From Macrostomum lignano (lineage: Eukaryota): 64,000 nucleotides of DNA. The notes beneath the pieces were generated by a model. The model was given only the letters and a program-made list of their open reading frames with translations. It had not been told where the DNA came from and searched no databases. The position numbers and the translations under genes were made by a program. Numbering within the stretch: position 1 is the first letter of the stretch; every line of letters starts with the position of its first letter. Below are positions 47,561 through 60,345 of this stretch, piece after piece. The DNA lies in NCBI GenBank assembly GCA_002269645.1, contig NIVC01003234.1:1-64000 (forward strand), read 5' to 3'.

Positions 47561-49009
47561 TTGACGGTCAGTGCAAGGGTGACCAATTAGCAGTCAATTA
47601 AAGCTGTGACTAAGAGGCTGGGCAGCCCAATGCCCGGGGGACTTACTCTGAATGAATGCCCTGACTCGATTTCCCATCCATTCACTCAGGCGAAGGCTCT
47701 CGGGGGGGCAGCGCAGAGAATTCTGCAGTAAACTCGAACTCAGCTCTAAACCCCCCAGACTTATAGCGCGCTGGCTGGCTCAAGAGCTCAGCTCGAGGAA
47801 GCTGCGGATCTCACTTGATGAAGATCCGGACTTGGCGGAGGCTGGACCGGCTGGGGCTCGAGCCTGGGACCCAGATGTGATTGAAGGGCAAAAAGTGTGA
47901 AAGTTTTGCCAGCAACACTGGGAGAATCTCCGGGCTCAGATGGGGCACTCGAGTGTGTCGGCCCAGCCTCCCCGCACATTGATGCAACTTCGATCCTTTC
48001 TGAAATCCCGGACCTGAACTTTCAATACCTGGCCACGGAGCCTCGCTTCCCCTCTGCCCCCCCCCCCCGCCTCACCTCTCGCTTCCCATGGCATCGGAAG
48101 TAAGGGAGGCTCTGCGGCCCAAAGTTCAGCCAGCGCCACTCCCCAGCGGCTGAGTGGCCGCTGCAATTCAATGAACGGCTCGGGTAGCCTCGAGCAACAG
48201 GCGCCATGCAGCAGCCCTCAGCAACTCTTTTGTGTCCACAAAATCTTCGCTACACAGCAGCTTCCAGCCATGCCAGGCCGCTCAGCTCCCGCTTTTTTCT
48301 GCAATGCAGCTGCATGACAGCCGGCTGGCAACTTGGCCCAGCCTCTCCAACCTGCTGCATCAGGAGCTGGTGCTCCGGCACAGAACAAAGCATTCGGGCT
48401 GGGAGCTGGGAATAGATTTTTGAAAGGCCTGAGTTTAGCAGACCGAACCGATGGGGCGATGCGTTCAGCCTCTTCAGGTGGTCCGGGGACAAAGCGGGGC
48501 TTGTGCGCGACCCCGGCGTGATTAGCGCAGCATCACTTAGGGAGCCGAGCGGCTGAGACTCCTGCCCGAAAAAACTGTTCCGCTCTGCTTTCTGTCTGAG
48601 TCAAAACTCCAGCAGTAGCTTTTTTATCCCCGGGAGAGGCTTTTAAAACAAAACAAAATGCGAAAGAGAAAAGAGGCCCCACTTAAGCTCGCATCACTCT
48701 GGGGATAATAATAACTGAGTGGAATTTCAAAAGCGGAATTGAACTGCAGTCACTTTAGAGACGCGCCATCATCCTCCCCAGTCTCCGCTATTGAGAGCAG
48801 ATGCTCACAGCTTAGCGTTACCGAGCTGTCTTCTTGATTGCGTCCGCCACCTCCGCGACTGCGCAGCCGTGCAGGCAGGCAGCGCCTCTGAGTGACTGCG
48901 GGCTGCATAACTTGCAGCACCGCTGCCTTCGTGCTGCGCCAGGTTGAATTCGACTTTGACCAGCTCCGCCAGCTGCTGTGGTGCTGGTGGGAGAGCCGCC
49001 TCATCTGCG

Positions 49010-49115
49010 CTGACTACCCTGCGCCACCCTGACTACCCTGGCGCCACCCTGACTACCCTGGCGCCACCCTGACTACCCTGGTGCCACTCTGACCACCCTG
49101 GTGTCACTCTGACTA
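49010..49115. repeat. 20-bp tandem repeat (ccctgactaccctggcgcca)
   Basis: About 5 copies. Confidence 0.85.
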
Positions 49116-49669
49116 CTAGGCCAACTTCATTGTCTAACCAATCTGAATGCAGAGGATTATTAACAGCGGGATGAGCGAGTCTTGGGGGGGCCTTCAACAT
49201 TTTCCCGAGCGCGACCCTCCCGCAGTCATTAAAAATTCCGTGTCGTACCGGCCGCTCCCTTTGTGACTCGAATTGACTCGGCCAGGCCATGCGGAATGGC
49301 GCGGATAACAAAAGGTAATTAGAGGCGAATTGGGAGGCTGGGCCGCTGCCTTCCTGGCCCTCGAGGGCTGCTCGGAGATCGAGAAGGCCTGGCATCCCAG
49401 CCTCCGCACGCAACTCCAGCTTCTCAGCTTCATCTGTTTGACTGGAAATGAGACTGCAGAATCTTTTGAACTGCTTGATATGCCAATCTAGTTTTTAGAT
49501 TTTGCTAACAAAGCTAAAGAAAATATTAACCATCATTCTAATTGCCGCCGTGCCGTGTGGAGGCGAGCCATCGCGCTTCGGCTTGTTGCAAATCTGCTTG
49601 TCTTCTCGGTTGGATGGAGAGGCATCAGCTTCCAGCTCCCTTGGCAGCTGCCTCATCCCCTCACCGCGC

Positions 49670-49935
49670 CCCTTCCCTCTCCTTGCGGCACCCCTTCCCT
49701 CTCCTCACCGCGCCCCTTCCCTCTCCTTGCGGCGCCCCTTCCCTCTCCTCACCGCGCCCCTTCCCTCTCCCTGCGGCGCCCCTTCCCTCTCCCTGCGGCG
49801 CCCCTTCCCTCTCCCTGCGGCGCCCCTTCCCTCTCCCTGCGGCGCCCCTTCCCTCTCCCTGCGGCGCCCCTTCCCTCTCCCTGCGGCGCCCCTTCCCTCT
49901 CCCTGCGGCGCCCCTTCCCTCTCCCTGCGGCGCCC
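49670..49935. repeat. 22-bp pyrimidine-rich repeat (gcgccccttccctctccctgcg)
   Basis: About 12 copies. Confidence 0.92.
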
Positions 49936-50894
49936 CTCATCTTTCAACCGCTCGCCGGGCCCTCTCCACACGGGACCAGCGCAGTTCCTATCAATTCTTC
50001 AGAGGCAAACAAAGCCGCTGCCGCCACCGCCCACTTTCTTTAATTCCTTTGGCTTTCCCGCCTCCGCCCTGCAGTCTCTCGGGCTCTCGGATTTCGCTGC
50101 ACGGCTGATGCGCGGGCAGCCGCTGGGATCAATCAGCGGGCGCCAGCCGGAATCTGGCACAGCTCAGCACAGCTCAGCTCAGCTCGGCTGTCACTTGAGA
50201 CTCCCGGCGGTAACTTTTCCTCTTCAAGCAGCAAGTGTCGCGCGGTGTCGAGTAGCTTGAAAATCTCCCAAAAAGAAGAAACAGAGAAGTGAGCAGGGGG
50301 GGGGGGGTAAAAGGAATGCCGAAGATCGGCAGGGATCAGCCCTTCAATCAACTCCGCTACGGCCCGAGCTCCATCTGCCTATAGAATTTCCTCAGCCCCG
50401 ACACCCTGCTAGAAGTGTCGGCTCTCACCAGGCACTCAACAGCGAAACAGATGAAAGGAAACAAGCGATGAGGCGCTCCCAGCCTCCAGTTGCCACGCCC
50501 GAGCGAGCATGGATAGCGGAGCAATTTTTCATTGCAATTTTTTAGTTTGTTTTCGCATTCGAGCCTCAGCCAGTCACCCTCCCGGCTGGCAAGTGTGGAA
50601 CAGGTGGCGGAGCGCATCTCGGGGCCCTTCAAACCGGCAGATCGCTATCGCTAAAAATTTTGCAGATTTTTTAAATTGTTAAAATCTCAGCAAACTGAAC
50701 AATGGGAGCCCCCGGATTGCTGCATCAAGTGAATTACTTTGCTCCGAGGATGAGTGCGCTGAGCAGCGCCCGCATCTGATGCGGGAAATTTTTCATTCTT
50801 TGTCTGACAGCCTCCCGCCCCGCAATTTCATCGCGTCAATGACGGCTCGGCGCTCAATAGCGAGCCAAGCCTTTGCTCACAGCGATGGCAGGCT

Positions 50895-51255
50895 ATGGCA
50901 GTTTGTCCTCAGGTCTGAGCTAAGAATATGGCAGTTTGTCCTCTGATCTGAGCTGAGACAATGGCAGTTTGTCCTCTGATCTGAGCTGAGACAATGGCAG
51001 TTTGTCCTCAGGTCTGAGCTGAGACTATGGCAGTTTGTCCTCTGGTCTGAGCTGAGACTATGGCAGTTTGTCCTCTGATCTGAGCTGAGACTATGGCAGT
51101 TTGTCCTCTGGTCTGAGCTAAGACTATGGCAGTTTGTCTTCTAGTCTGAGCTAAGAATATGGCAGTTTGTCCTCTGGTCTGAGCTGAGCCTATGGCAGTT
51201 TGTCTTCTGGTCTGAGCTAAGACTATGGCAGTTTGTCCTCTGGTCTGAGCTGAGG
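50895..51255. repeat. 33-bp tandem repeat (tatggcagtttgtcctctggtctgagctgagac)
   Basis: About 11 copies. Confidence 0.92.
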
Positions 51256-52716
51256 CAGCGTCACTGCTCTCTCCATCCCAGCGCACTGGCAGACCTGCGA
51301 TGGCTGCATCAGCCCCAGCAGATGCTGCGCTCCGTCACTTCTAATCGGTTTGTCACCTCACACTGGGAGTCGAAATTAGGAGATTTATGACCCCAGCTCA
51401 ACAGACGGCCGTCCCCAGAAACCGTTCTCAGCACGGTTGGCCCCCTGGGTGCAGCTCGGCCTGGGCACCGGCCTGGCCGCTCTCATTGGTCCCGGCTGGC
51501 CAGGGGCGGGGAGGCGATGAGGTGGCTGTCGGGCTGTCCCGGCCCGAAACTCGTGTCTGAGCTGCTGCCCCCTCCGCCCCAAGCCAGAAGTCTTCATAAA
51601 GCTGCAGCAGCAGGGGCTCAACAGTTTGCCGTCGCGTCCTCAACTTTGCAGTTTCTGTTCTCCCGACGATCTTCTCTCTACACTTCTGCCAAACTCTCGG
51701 CTCAAGGCGCAAGGTGAGTGAGCAGGGTGAGTGGTTTCCTCATTAGCTGAACACGTGTTGCGCGAGACTCTTTGATCCCCGGGCCTGAATTTGATGGGCG
51801 GGGCTCCCAGCGGGCCGCAAACTTGGAGAAGGAGGGCATCCGCGGAGCCTGGGAGACAAGGCAGGACGAGTTTGAAGAGGGGAGTGGGAAAGAGTTTGAA
51901 GCCAAGATGAAGAGGCTTCTGGGATCTTGGCATTGTACAGGGGGAATATTACTGGGATCAAATTACCTCCTTTCAGAAAGAAAAAACCCTGCCAGCCCGA
52001 GCTGCCCTCCCCGTCTCTGGGAGGAGTTTGTTGAAGGGGCTGAAACAACTTTCTCCGCGGGTGGGGATCAACTTTTCCACTCCAGCGATGCCTGCATCCC
52101 AAACACAGCAGCTGCAGGTCGCCTCCCATTTGTTGTCAGTCTGCATTTATCCAGCAACTCCAGCGCCTCCTTCTCCCCTGAGCCGCTCCCCCCGTAGCTC
52201 AGGAAATTTCCCAGCCCAGAAGCAATTCTGCTGAGTGGGAGCTCGCGATCCAGCAGTTATTACCTGAGCAAAATCTTGTTACGGTTTTGACAGCAGAGAG
52301 GTAGGGAATGAGGATAAGTTGCAGGCTCTGCTCCATCAATTTTTTTCATTTCTTCTCAAACTTTCCTCTGTCACGGGCTCGAAGGAAATGGAAAGGAGAG
52401 GGGGAAGTGGAGGGGTAGGGACTGCAGGGCGCAGGAAGCTGGAGAGGAAGACCCTGTTTCCGCCGGGAGAGAAGGGATCTAGGAGACAAGGAGACCTGTA
52501 TGCGCCTCAGAAGAGGCTGGGAAAGGTGAAACGCGAAGCGGATGAGGCAGCGGCCGAGAAGCCATGAGCAGATTTCGTGCAGTGCCATCGCTCATAAATC
52601 AGCGGCCGGCCCGACCGTTGACTTGGCCGGCCGAAGTTGCTCAGATCCCCTTCGTTTTAACTTATCCTTCATCTGTTCCCTGTCTCCCGCTGTCTTTCAG
52701 TTCATTCGGAGCAAAA

Positions 52717-55700
52717 ATGCTGAAGGCCGAAGAATCGCAGCAGCAGCCGCCGCCGGAGTCTCCCGCGGTGCCGCCCGTTCCATCGCCGCATCTAGGCGAA
52801 ATCAAGGTTGAGGCCGAGCTGGGTGATGAGGCTGAGCCGGATGCTGAAGCTGAGTCGGATGATGAGGCTGGGCTGGTTGATGAGGCTGAACCGAGAAACG
52901 AGCTGCTCGTCAATGATGCGCGGAGTCAGCTGCCGTTTCCTTTGTCGGAGGTGAAACCGGCGTCTAAGAGCGGGGGAACTCGGCCCAGTTCTTGGGGCTC
53001 GGCAGATGGTGAGTGCCCGGTGAGGGAGAGTCGGTGAGGGAGAGTCGGTGAGGGAGAGTCGGTGAGGGAGAGTCGGTGAGGGAGAGTCGGTGAGGGAGAG
53101 TCGGTGAGGGAGAGTCGGTGAGGGAGAGTCGGTGAGGGAGAGTCGGTGAGGGAGAGTCGGTGAGGGAGAGTCGGTGAGGGAGAGTCGGTGAGGGAGAGTC
53201 GGTGAGGGAGAGTCGGTGAGGGAGAGTCGGTGAGGGAGAGTCGGTGAGGGAGAGTCGGTGAGGGAGAGTCGGTGAGGGAGAGTCGGTGAGGGAGAGTCGG
53301 TGAGGGAGAGTCGGTGAGGGAGAGTCGGTGAGGGAGAGTCGGTGAGGGAGAGTCGGTGAGGGAGAGTCGGTGAGGGAGAGTCGGTGAGGGAGAGTCGGTG
53401 AGGGAGAGTCGGTGAGGGAGAGTCGGTGAGGGAGAGTCGGTGAGGGAGAGTCGGTGAGGGAGAGTCGGTGAGGGAGAGTCGGTGAGGGAGAGTCGGTGAG
53501 GGAGAGTCGGTGAGGGAGAGTCGGTGAGGGAGAGTCGGTGAGGGAGAGTCGGTGAGGGAGAGTCGGTGAGGGAGAGTCGGTGAGGGAGAGTCGGTGAGGG
53601 AGAGTCGGTGAGGGAGAGTCGGTGAGGGAGAGTCGGTGAGGGAGAGTCGGTGAGGGAGAGTCGGTGAGGGAGAGTCGGTGAGGGAGAGTCGGTGAGGGAG
53701 AGTCGGTGAGGGAGAGTCGGTGAGGGAGAGTCGGTGAGGGAGAGTCGGTGAGGGAGAGTCGGTGAGGGAGAGTCGGTGAGGGAGAGTCGGTGAGGGAGAG
53801 TCGGTGAGGAGAGTCGGTGAGGGAGAGTCGGTGAGGGAGAGTCGGTGAGGGAGAGTCGGTGAGGGAGAGTCGGAGAGTCGGTGAGGGAGTCGGTGAGGGA
53901 GAGTCGGTGAGGGAGAGTCGGTGAGGGAGAGTCGGTGAGGGAGAGTCGGTGAGGGAGAGTCGGTGAGGGAGAGTCGGTGAGGGAGAGTCGGTGAGGGAGA
54001 GTCGGTGAGGGAGAGTCGGTGAGGGAGAGTCGGTGAGGGAGAGTCGGTGAGGGAGAGTCGGTGAGGGAGAGTCGGTGAGGGAGAGTCGGTGAGGGAGAGT
54101 CGGTGAGGGAGAGTCGGTGAGGGAGAGTCGGTGAGGGAGAGTCGGTGAGGGAGAGTCGGTGAGGGAGAGTCGGTGAGGGAGAGTCGGTGAGGGAGAGTCG
54201 GTGAGGAGAGTCGGTGAGGGAGAGTCGGTGAGGGAGAGTCGGTGAGGGAGAGTCGGTGAGGGAGAGTCGGTGAGGGAGAGTCGGTGAGGGAGAGTCGGTG
54301 AAGGAGAGTCGGTGAAGGAGGTGCAGTGAATCCAGTATTCAGTGAATGTGTTTCTGAGTTTTTGAGCCATCAACAAAGCAATTGTTGTGCAGCGGCACCT
54401 CACAGCCGAATGCCTCTTTAAAAAAGCAGGTTTCTCCAAGCCTTTACTCTGACATTCCGTGAGTTTACGAGCCGCAGTTGTCGGATATCTGTGGGGTATC
54501 TGGAACGGGGAGGCGGTCTGAGAATTGCGCACCCCAGGCACCGGAGCTGCTGTAGGTCGTCCGACCGCAGCCCGCGTGGTTTCAATTTTTAAACACACAG
54601 AGAAAGTGGCGGAGAAAAAAAAGTAAAATTTAAACAGGACGGATTACTAGCCCGGGAGTGAGCAAAGCCGAGACAAGAAAATTAACAAATTTACGTAGCA
54701 AGTTGACTGAGGCGAATTCCGAGACAAGTTTTTCGCGCCTGTTAGGTTTTTTGTTTCTGTCATGCCTGCTTGAGTGTGGAACCATTTTTTTCTGAAATCT
54801 TTTTAAATAAGCAATTGCGCACCTCGGCAGAACTGAGCTCAGGTCCCCCGGCTGGCCAGTGCTGCAGTCAAGCTGATGCTGCGGTGCCTCTGAACTGCGA
54901 TGCGGAGAACTTGGGGAGTCAGGATTTGTTTGTAGGCTGAGTCAATCCGCAGTCAGGAGTGAGTCTCTGCCCACCCCTGTCTGTCCCCGATCTGTCAGTC
55001 TGTCACCCCTGTCTGTCCCCGATCTGTCAGTCTGTTACCCCTGTCTGTCCCCGATCTGTCAGTCTGTCACCCCTGTCTGTCCCCGATCTGTCAGTCTGTT
55101 ACCCCTGTCTGTCCCCGATCTGTCAGTCTGTTACCCCTGTCTGTCCCGATCTGTCAGTCTGTCACCCCTGTCTGTCCCCGATCTGTCAGTCTGTCACCCC
55201 TGTCTGTCCCCGATCTGTCAGTCTGTTACCCCTGTCTGTCCCCGATCTGTCAGTCTGTCACCCCTGTCTGTCCCCGATCTGTCAGTCTGTTACCCCTGTC
55301 TGTCCCCGATCTGTCAGTCTGTTACCCCTGTCTGTCCCCGATCTGTCAGTCTGTCACCCCTGTCTGTCCCCGATCTGTCAGTCTGTCACCCCTGTCTGTC
55401 CCCGATCTGTCAGTCTGTTACCCCTGTCTGTCCCCGATCTGTCAGTCTGTCACCCCTGTCTGTCCCCGATCTGTCAGTCTGTTACCCCTGTCTGTCCTTC
55501 ATCTACAAGTTTGTCTCTGTCCCTGCCTGTAGATTGTCTGCCCCTGTCTGTAATCTGTCTGCCCCTGCCTATAATCTGTCTGCCCCTGCCTGTAATCTGT
55601 CTGCCTCTACCTGTTATCTGTCTGTCCCTGTCTGTCATCTGTCTGCCCCTACCTGTAGTCTGCCTACATCCAGTCAGTCCCCACCTGTAGTATCAATTAC

Positions 55701-58700
55701 GCGACCCCCTATCTGAGTCATGTCCGCTCCTCATCTAGAACAGGGAGTGAGTTTTGAGTCGCGGGCCAGTGAACTTTGAGTATCAGTTTGCAGGAATTGC
55801 AAAAGCCTCAGACTGGGGCTGCGAACGGGATCAAATTTAAAAAAAATTTCTATCTTATCGCCACTGAGGATGGCGCGTTTTTATTTGTCTTTTATCTTCA
55901 CTGGCCTCGGGGAAAAAATTCTGCGTTTCTCATCCGCAGACGCTGGCGGCCCGGCCGCATCGGACCGGCTTCCTAGCTCGTATCCTTGAGCAAAACTTTT
56001 TGCCTCTCTAGCCGCATTTCATCCCAGGTTGCGGGCCAGGAGGGGGCTTTTATCCCCCAGCGGCTGCTTTCACTTTCCCCCTGCCTCCGCGGCCATTGTT
56101 TGGCGCGGCCTGGGCCGCTTTTTGCTCCTGTCCCGATTTTTTTCTGGGAACGAAGGGAGAAGCCAGCAGGGACTAAGAAATATTTTTGAAAAAAAAACAA
56201 CTTTGTTCCTGCTCGATGAACGAGAACGGACTGGAGGGCCCACCGAGTCTGTCCTGTGGGAGGCAGGCGGGGGATGCGAAATGCGGGGATAAAAGTGGCA
56301 TCCATCGGCAAAAATGTTAATTGTGTTTGCCAGCAGCGGCTCAAACAGGCATTTGGGACCGCAACAACTTCAGAGGCCGCGCTCGCTGTGTGTGTGGGGG
56401 GGGGTCAAAGCGCGGCCGGGGGGGGCCGCCTCGCCTTTTACGTCCAGAACGGCAGGCGGGCGGCGAAGTTGCGTCGGACGCTAAATAATTGCCCGGCCGT
56501 GGCCGCCGCTACGGCCGCCTGTTTTTAAAATCTCCCATGAGAATCCGCTGGATGGCGGGCAGGGCAGGGGTGGGCGGCCCAAGTTTACCAACCCCCCTCC
56601 TGAGATGATACAGCTCACCGATGCCGCTTCTCAACTGCCAACCCCCCCGCTCTCCCGCCGCAGACTGCAGCCTCAGCGGCGCCGACTCGAAGTGCCCGAA
56701 CCCGGCGTGCGACGGCTCGGGCCACTCCACCGGCCTCTACTCCCGGCACAGGAGGTGAGTCCTGCTTCATCTATTATGCTTCCCAACAGCGCTGCTGCTT
56801 CAAGTGGACCGTGGCCAATCTGCAACGATTGGGGAAATGTTTTTCGATAATTCTTTGAGGAGATCTCACAGCCCCGCTCTCTGCTGCATTGAAGAGGAAT
56901 CCGAAATTCATGCATTTCAACAAAGCCGAGCGGCTCACGAATAGGCGCAGGGGAGGCCGGGCATGCGGGCCATTTGAATTGAATTACATTTTTTGCTTAT
57001 CAATCTCGCACAGGTTGGCTGTGGCTCAACTGATGGGTTTTATTAACCTGCCGAGCTTTCACTTCCGAGATGCCGAGAAGATATGGGAGCTGCAGGAGGA
57101 GCTGAGGCCTCTTCTCCCTTTTCCCGATTAGTTCTGTCCCAGCTCCGCGGGGAAGAGGGGCAGATGCTGGAGTTGGTTTTGAAAAAAGCAACATCAATTC
57201 AATTCCTGTGAGAGCTCGGGGGGATTTCTGCCGGCGCTAAAAAGTAGCTTGGCAGGCCGGGGCTGACACCGCGGCGCGGGGGAGTCGGGGAGCACAGATT
57301 GCGAGGCTGAAGAGGGAATTGAAAAAGCAGAGATCCGCAATGCTGGTATCCCACAGATACTTGTTGCGATTGTCAACTTGGGACAGGGAAATATGCTGGC
57401 CTTTTAATGCAGTTTTATCAAAAGCCCCCGGCTCAGGTTCCCCCAGCCAACTCTCCCTGCTTCTGTTTTTCTTTTCATTTTTTGCGTCTGCCCGGCCCAG
57501 CAGTTTCTGCAGCCCATCCCTTCGCTGATGGGGAACAGAAACGGATAAGTAGGAGGCTGGGGCATTGTGCCTGAAGAGGCCTGAGTCTCAACTGCCTCTG
57601 AGAGCTTTGAGCGCTGGGACTTTTGTTCAAAAGCCGAATTTTCCCCATCTTCCTCTTGGGGATTTTCTCCTGCGGGTGTTTTTGCTGGCCCGAGAATTGC
57701 AGATTCCCGAAAGCCCGCAGGGGAGGCGCTCCCATGGGGAGAGCACCCTGAGCTGGAAAACTGAGGCCGGTCGTGAAAGCCGATGCGCCCCCGTAATGGC
57801 CGCAGAGTCCCCGGCTCGGACCCCCGATCTCTGATCTCTGATCTCCGTCTGATCTCTTCTCATCTCCGATCTCTCATCTCTCATCTCCGGTCTCTGATCT
57901 CTTCTCATCTCCGATCTCTAATCTCTCATCTCCGGTCTCTGATCTCCGATCTCTGATCTCCGATCTCTGATCTCCGATCTCTCATCTATTCTCATCTCCG
58001 ATCTTTGATCTCTTCTCATCTCTTATCTTTGATCTCTTATCTCCGGTCTCTGATCTCTCATATCTCATGTCTCATGTCTCATCTCCGATCTGTCATCTCT
58101 GATCTCTTCTCATCTCTCATCTCCGATCTCTCATCTCTGATCTCTTCTCATCTCCGATCTCTAATCTCTCATCTCCGGTCTCTGATCTCCGATCTCTCAT
58201 CACCGATCTCTCATCTATTCTCATCTCCGATCTTTGATCTCTTCTCCTCTCTTATCTTTGATCTCTTATCTCCGGTCTCTGATCTCTCATATCTCATGTC
58301 TCATGTCTCATCTCCGATCTGTCATCTCTGATCTCTTCTCATCTCTCATCTCCGATCTCTCATCTCTGATCTCTTCTCATCTCTGATCTCTGATCTCTGA
58401 TCTCTGATCTCCGGTCTCTGATCTCTGATCTCTGATCTCTGATCTCTGATCTCTGATCTCTGATCTCTGATCTCTCAGCTCTGATCCCTGATCTCTCGTC
58501 TCTCATCTCCGATCTTTGATATCTTCTCAACCCTGCTCTCTGTTCTCTCTCAGATCTCTCTCGCATTTTTTCTAATCTGCATCTCAGTTCTCTTATACCC
58601 CTGATTTCTGATCCCAGAGCTCTAATCCATCTCAACTTTCCTCCCCTCTCATTCTCGTCCGCTCTCCTCACCTTATTTTCCCTCAATTAATTTTCACTCA

Positions 58701-60345
58701 AGTGCTCATCTTTTCCAATTCCACGGAGCATTCAAGCTGAAAAGGAGCAAATCGTCAGCCACCCCTGCTGGCTCATTGTGCGGCCCGGTGCCCGAAACTC
58801 AACAGGCTGTTGGTGAAGTTTTTACAACATCAGCGGGAGATTACCGAGGACTTCGGGGGGCTCTGCAGCTCCGCACAGAAGCAGAATCCGTTTAGAGCCG
58901 GGCAATAAACCCCAGCTCGATGAGATACGACTCCTGTCGCCAGTCCAGTTCACAAACAAAAACAGAAGATGCTGACTATTGATGAGGCCGGTCATAAACT
59001 GCTCAAGAAGGCTTAAAAGCTTCCTGCAGCCCAGATTGGCCAAGTTGGGGCTCAGCAGTCCTGCCGGGCCGCTGCTGCAGTCCCAGGTGTTTTATGAGCA
59101 CAGCAGCTCGGCCACCGCATTTGCCTGACAGGAGCGGAAGCCCGCAGGGTGGGGGATGACAGACTCAAACTTGACCAACTGGGTCTCTGCCCTGTCAGCG
59201 AGGGTCACACATTATTCCAAATCTATTCCCCACTCTGTTGCAGCTTATCCGGCTGTCCCAGAAAAGACAAGTCTGTAATTCAAGGTGAGTTGCCATTTGC
59301 CTATATGCTTTTTAGTTCGACTGTGTGTTTCTGCGCGCTGCTGCTCTCTGCTCCTGTTTGCTGGAGTTCGCTGCCATCCGCTGTCCCGACCTCCCATTTC
59401 TGCTTGCCCCCCCCCCTGCTGCAGTGAAGTTGTAAAATTCCTGGCGGAAGTCAACTTTCTGGCCAGCTGCCCTCCTCCCTCCGCGCTGCTGCGCTGACCG
59501 CCGCCTGTCAGAGCCGCCTGCCCGCCGCGGTCCGGGCCTTCCTGTCCCACTTCTTGTCCTCCTGCCGCTTCTTCTACTGATTTTTATTTTCCTGAATTTC
59601 TTTCTCTGCTGTTGAGTTGTTGCAGTTGTTTTCTTTGAGTCACAGTGAGTGCTGCAGATGTCCCGGTTTCAGCGGTGCGGTCTGAATTAATTGAGATTTT
59701 AAACCCACTCGGTGGTGAGCAATCGGTGAGATAAGGTGTGCAATCGGTGAGATAAGGTGTGCAATCGGTGAGATAAGGTGTGCAATCGGTGAGATAAGGT
59801 GTGCAATCGGTGAGATAAGGTGTGCAATCGGTGAGATAAGGTGTGCAATCGGTGAGATAAGGTGTGCAATCGGTGAGATAAGGTGTGCAATCGGTGAGAT
59901 AAGGTGTGCAATCGGTGAGATAAGGTGTGCAATCGGTGAGATAAGGTGTGCAATCGGTGAGATAAGGTGTGCAATCGGTGAGATAAGGTGTGCAATCGGT
60001 GAGATAAGGTGTGCAATCGGTGAGATAAGGGGTGCAATCAGTGAGATAGTGTGCAATCGGTGAGATAAGGTGGGCAATCGGTGAGATAAGGTGTGCAATC
60101 GGTGAGATAAGGGGTGCAATCAGTGAGATAGTGTGCAATCGGTGAGATAAGGTGGGCAATCGGTGAGATAAGGTGGGCAATCGGTGAGATAAGGTGTGCA
60201 ATCAGTGAGATAAGGTGTGCAATCGGTGAGATAAGGTGTGCAATCCGCCCGCAGGTCTGCAGAGCAGCGCCCAGAGCACCAAGTGCCCCACCGAGGGCTG
60301 CCAGGGCAAGGGCCACGTGAACGGCCGCCGCAGTCACCACAGGAG
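52717..60345 (+). CDS. MYT1: MYT1/MYT1L/ST18-family CCHHC zinc-finger transcription factor, 5' part; exons 52717-53008, 56664-56754, 59244-59284, 60255-60345; likely continues downstream
   Basis: The spliced product reads KCPNPACDGSGHSTGLYSRHRS|LSGCPRKDKSVIQG|LQSSAQSTKCPTEGCQGKGHVNGRRSHHRS, a tandem CCHHC finger pair typical of MYT1. Phases 1, 2, 1 fit. The acidic first exon contains IKVE. Confidence 0.85.
53020..54320. repeat. 14-bp tandem repeat (tcggtgagggagag), MYT1-like intron
   Basis: About 90 copies starting immediately after the donor; source of spurious ORF 52964..54598. Confidence 0.97.
54975..55500. repeat. 32-bp tandem repeat (gtcacccctgtctgtccccgatctgtcagtct)
   Basis: About 16 copies. 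Confidence 0.93.
57830..58600. repeat. Degenerate TC-rich repeat built on tctgatc/tctcatc heptamers
   Basis: Direct inspection. Confidence 0.88.
59716..60243. repeat. 21-bp tandem repeat (gcaatcggtgagataaggtgt) ending at the acceptor of the second zinc-finger exon
   Basis: About 25 copies. Confidence 0.95.

Noticed and set aside
48826-48870. AEVADAIKKTA resemblance to a bacterial DUF711-type protein
   Set aside because: The match is too short, is in a different frame from the rest of the putative exon, and has no further similarity.
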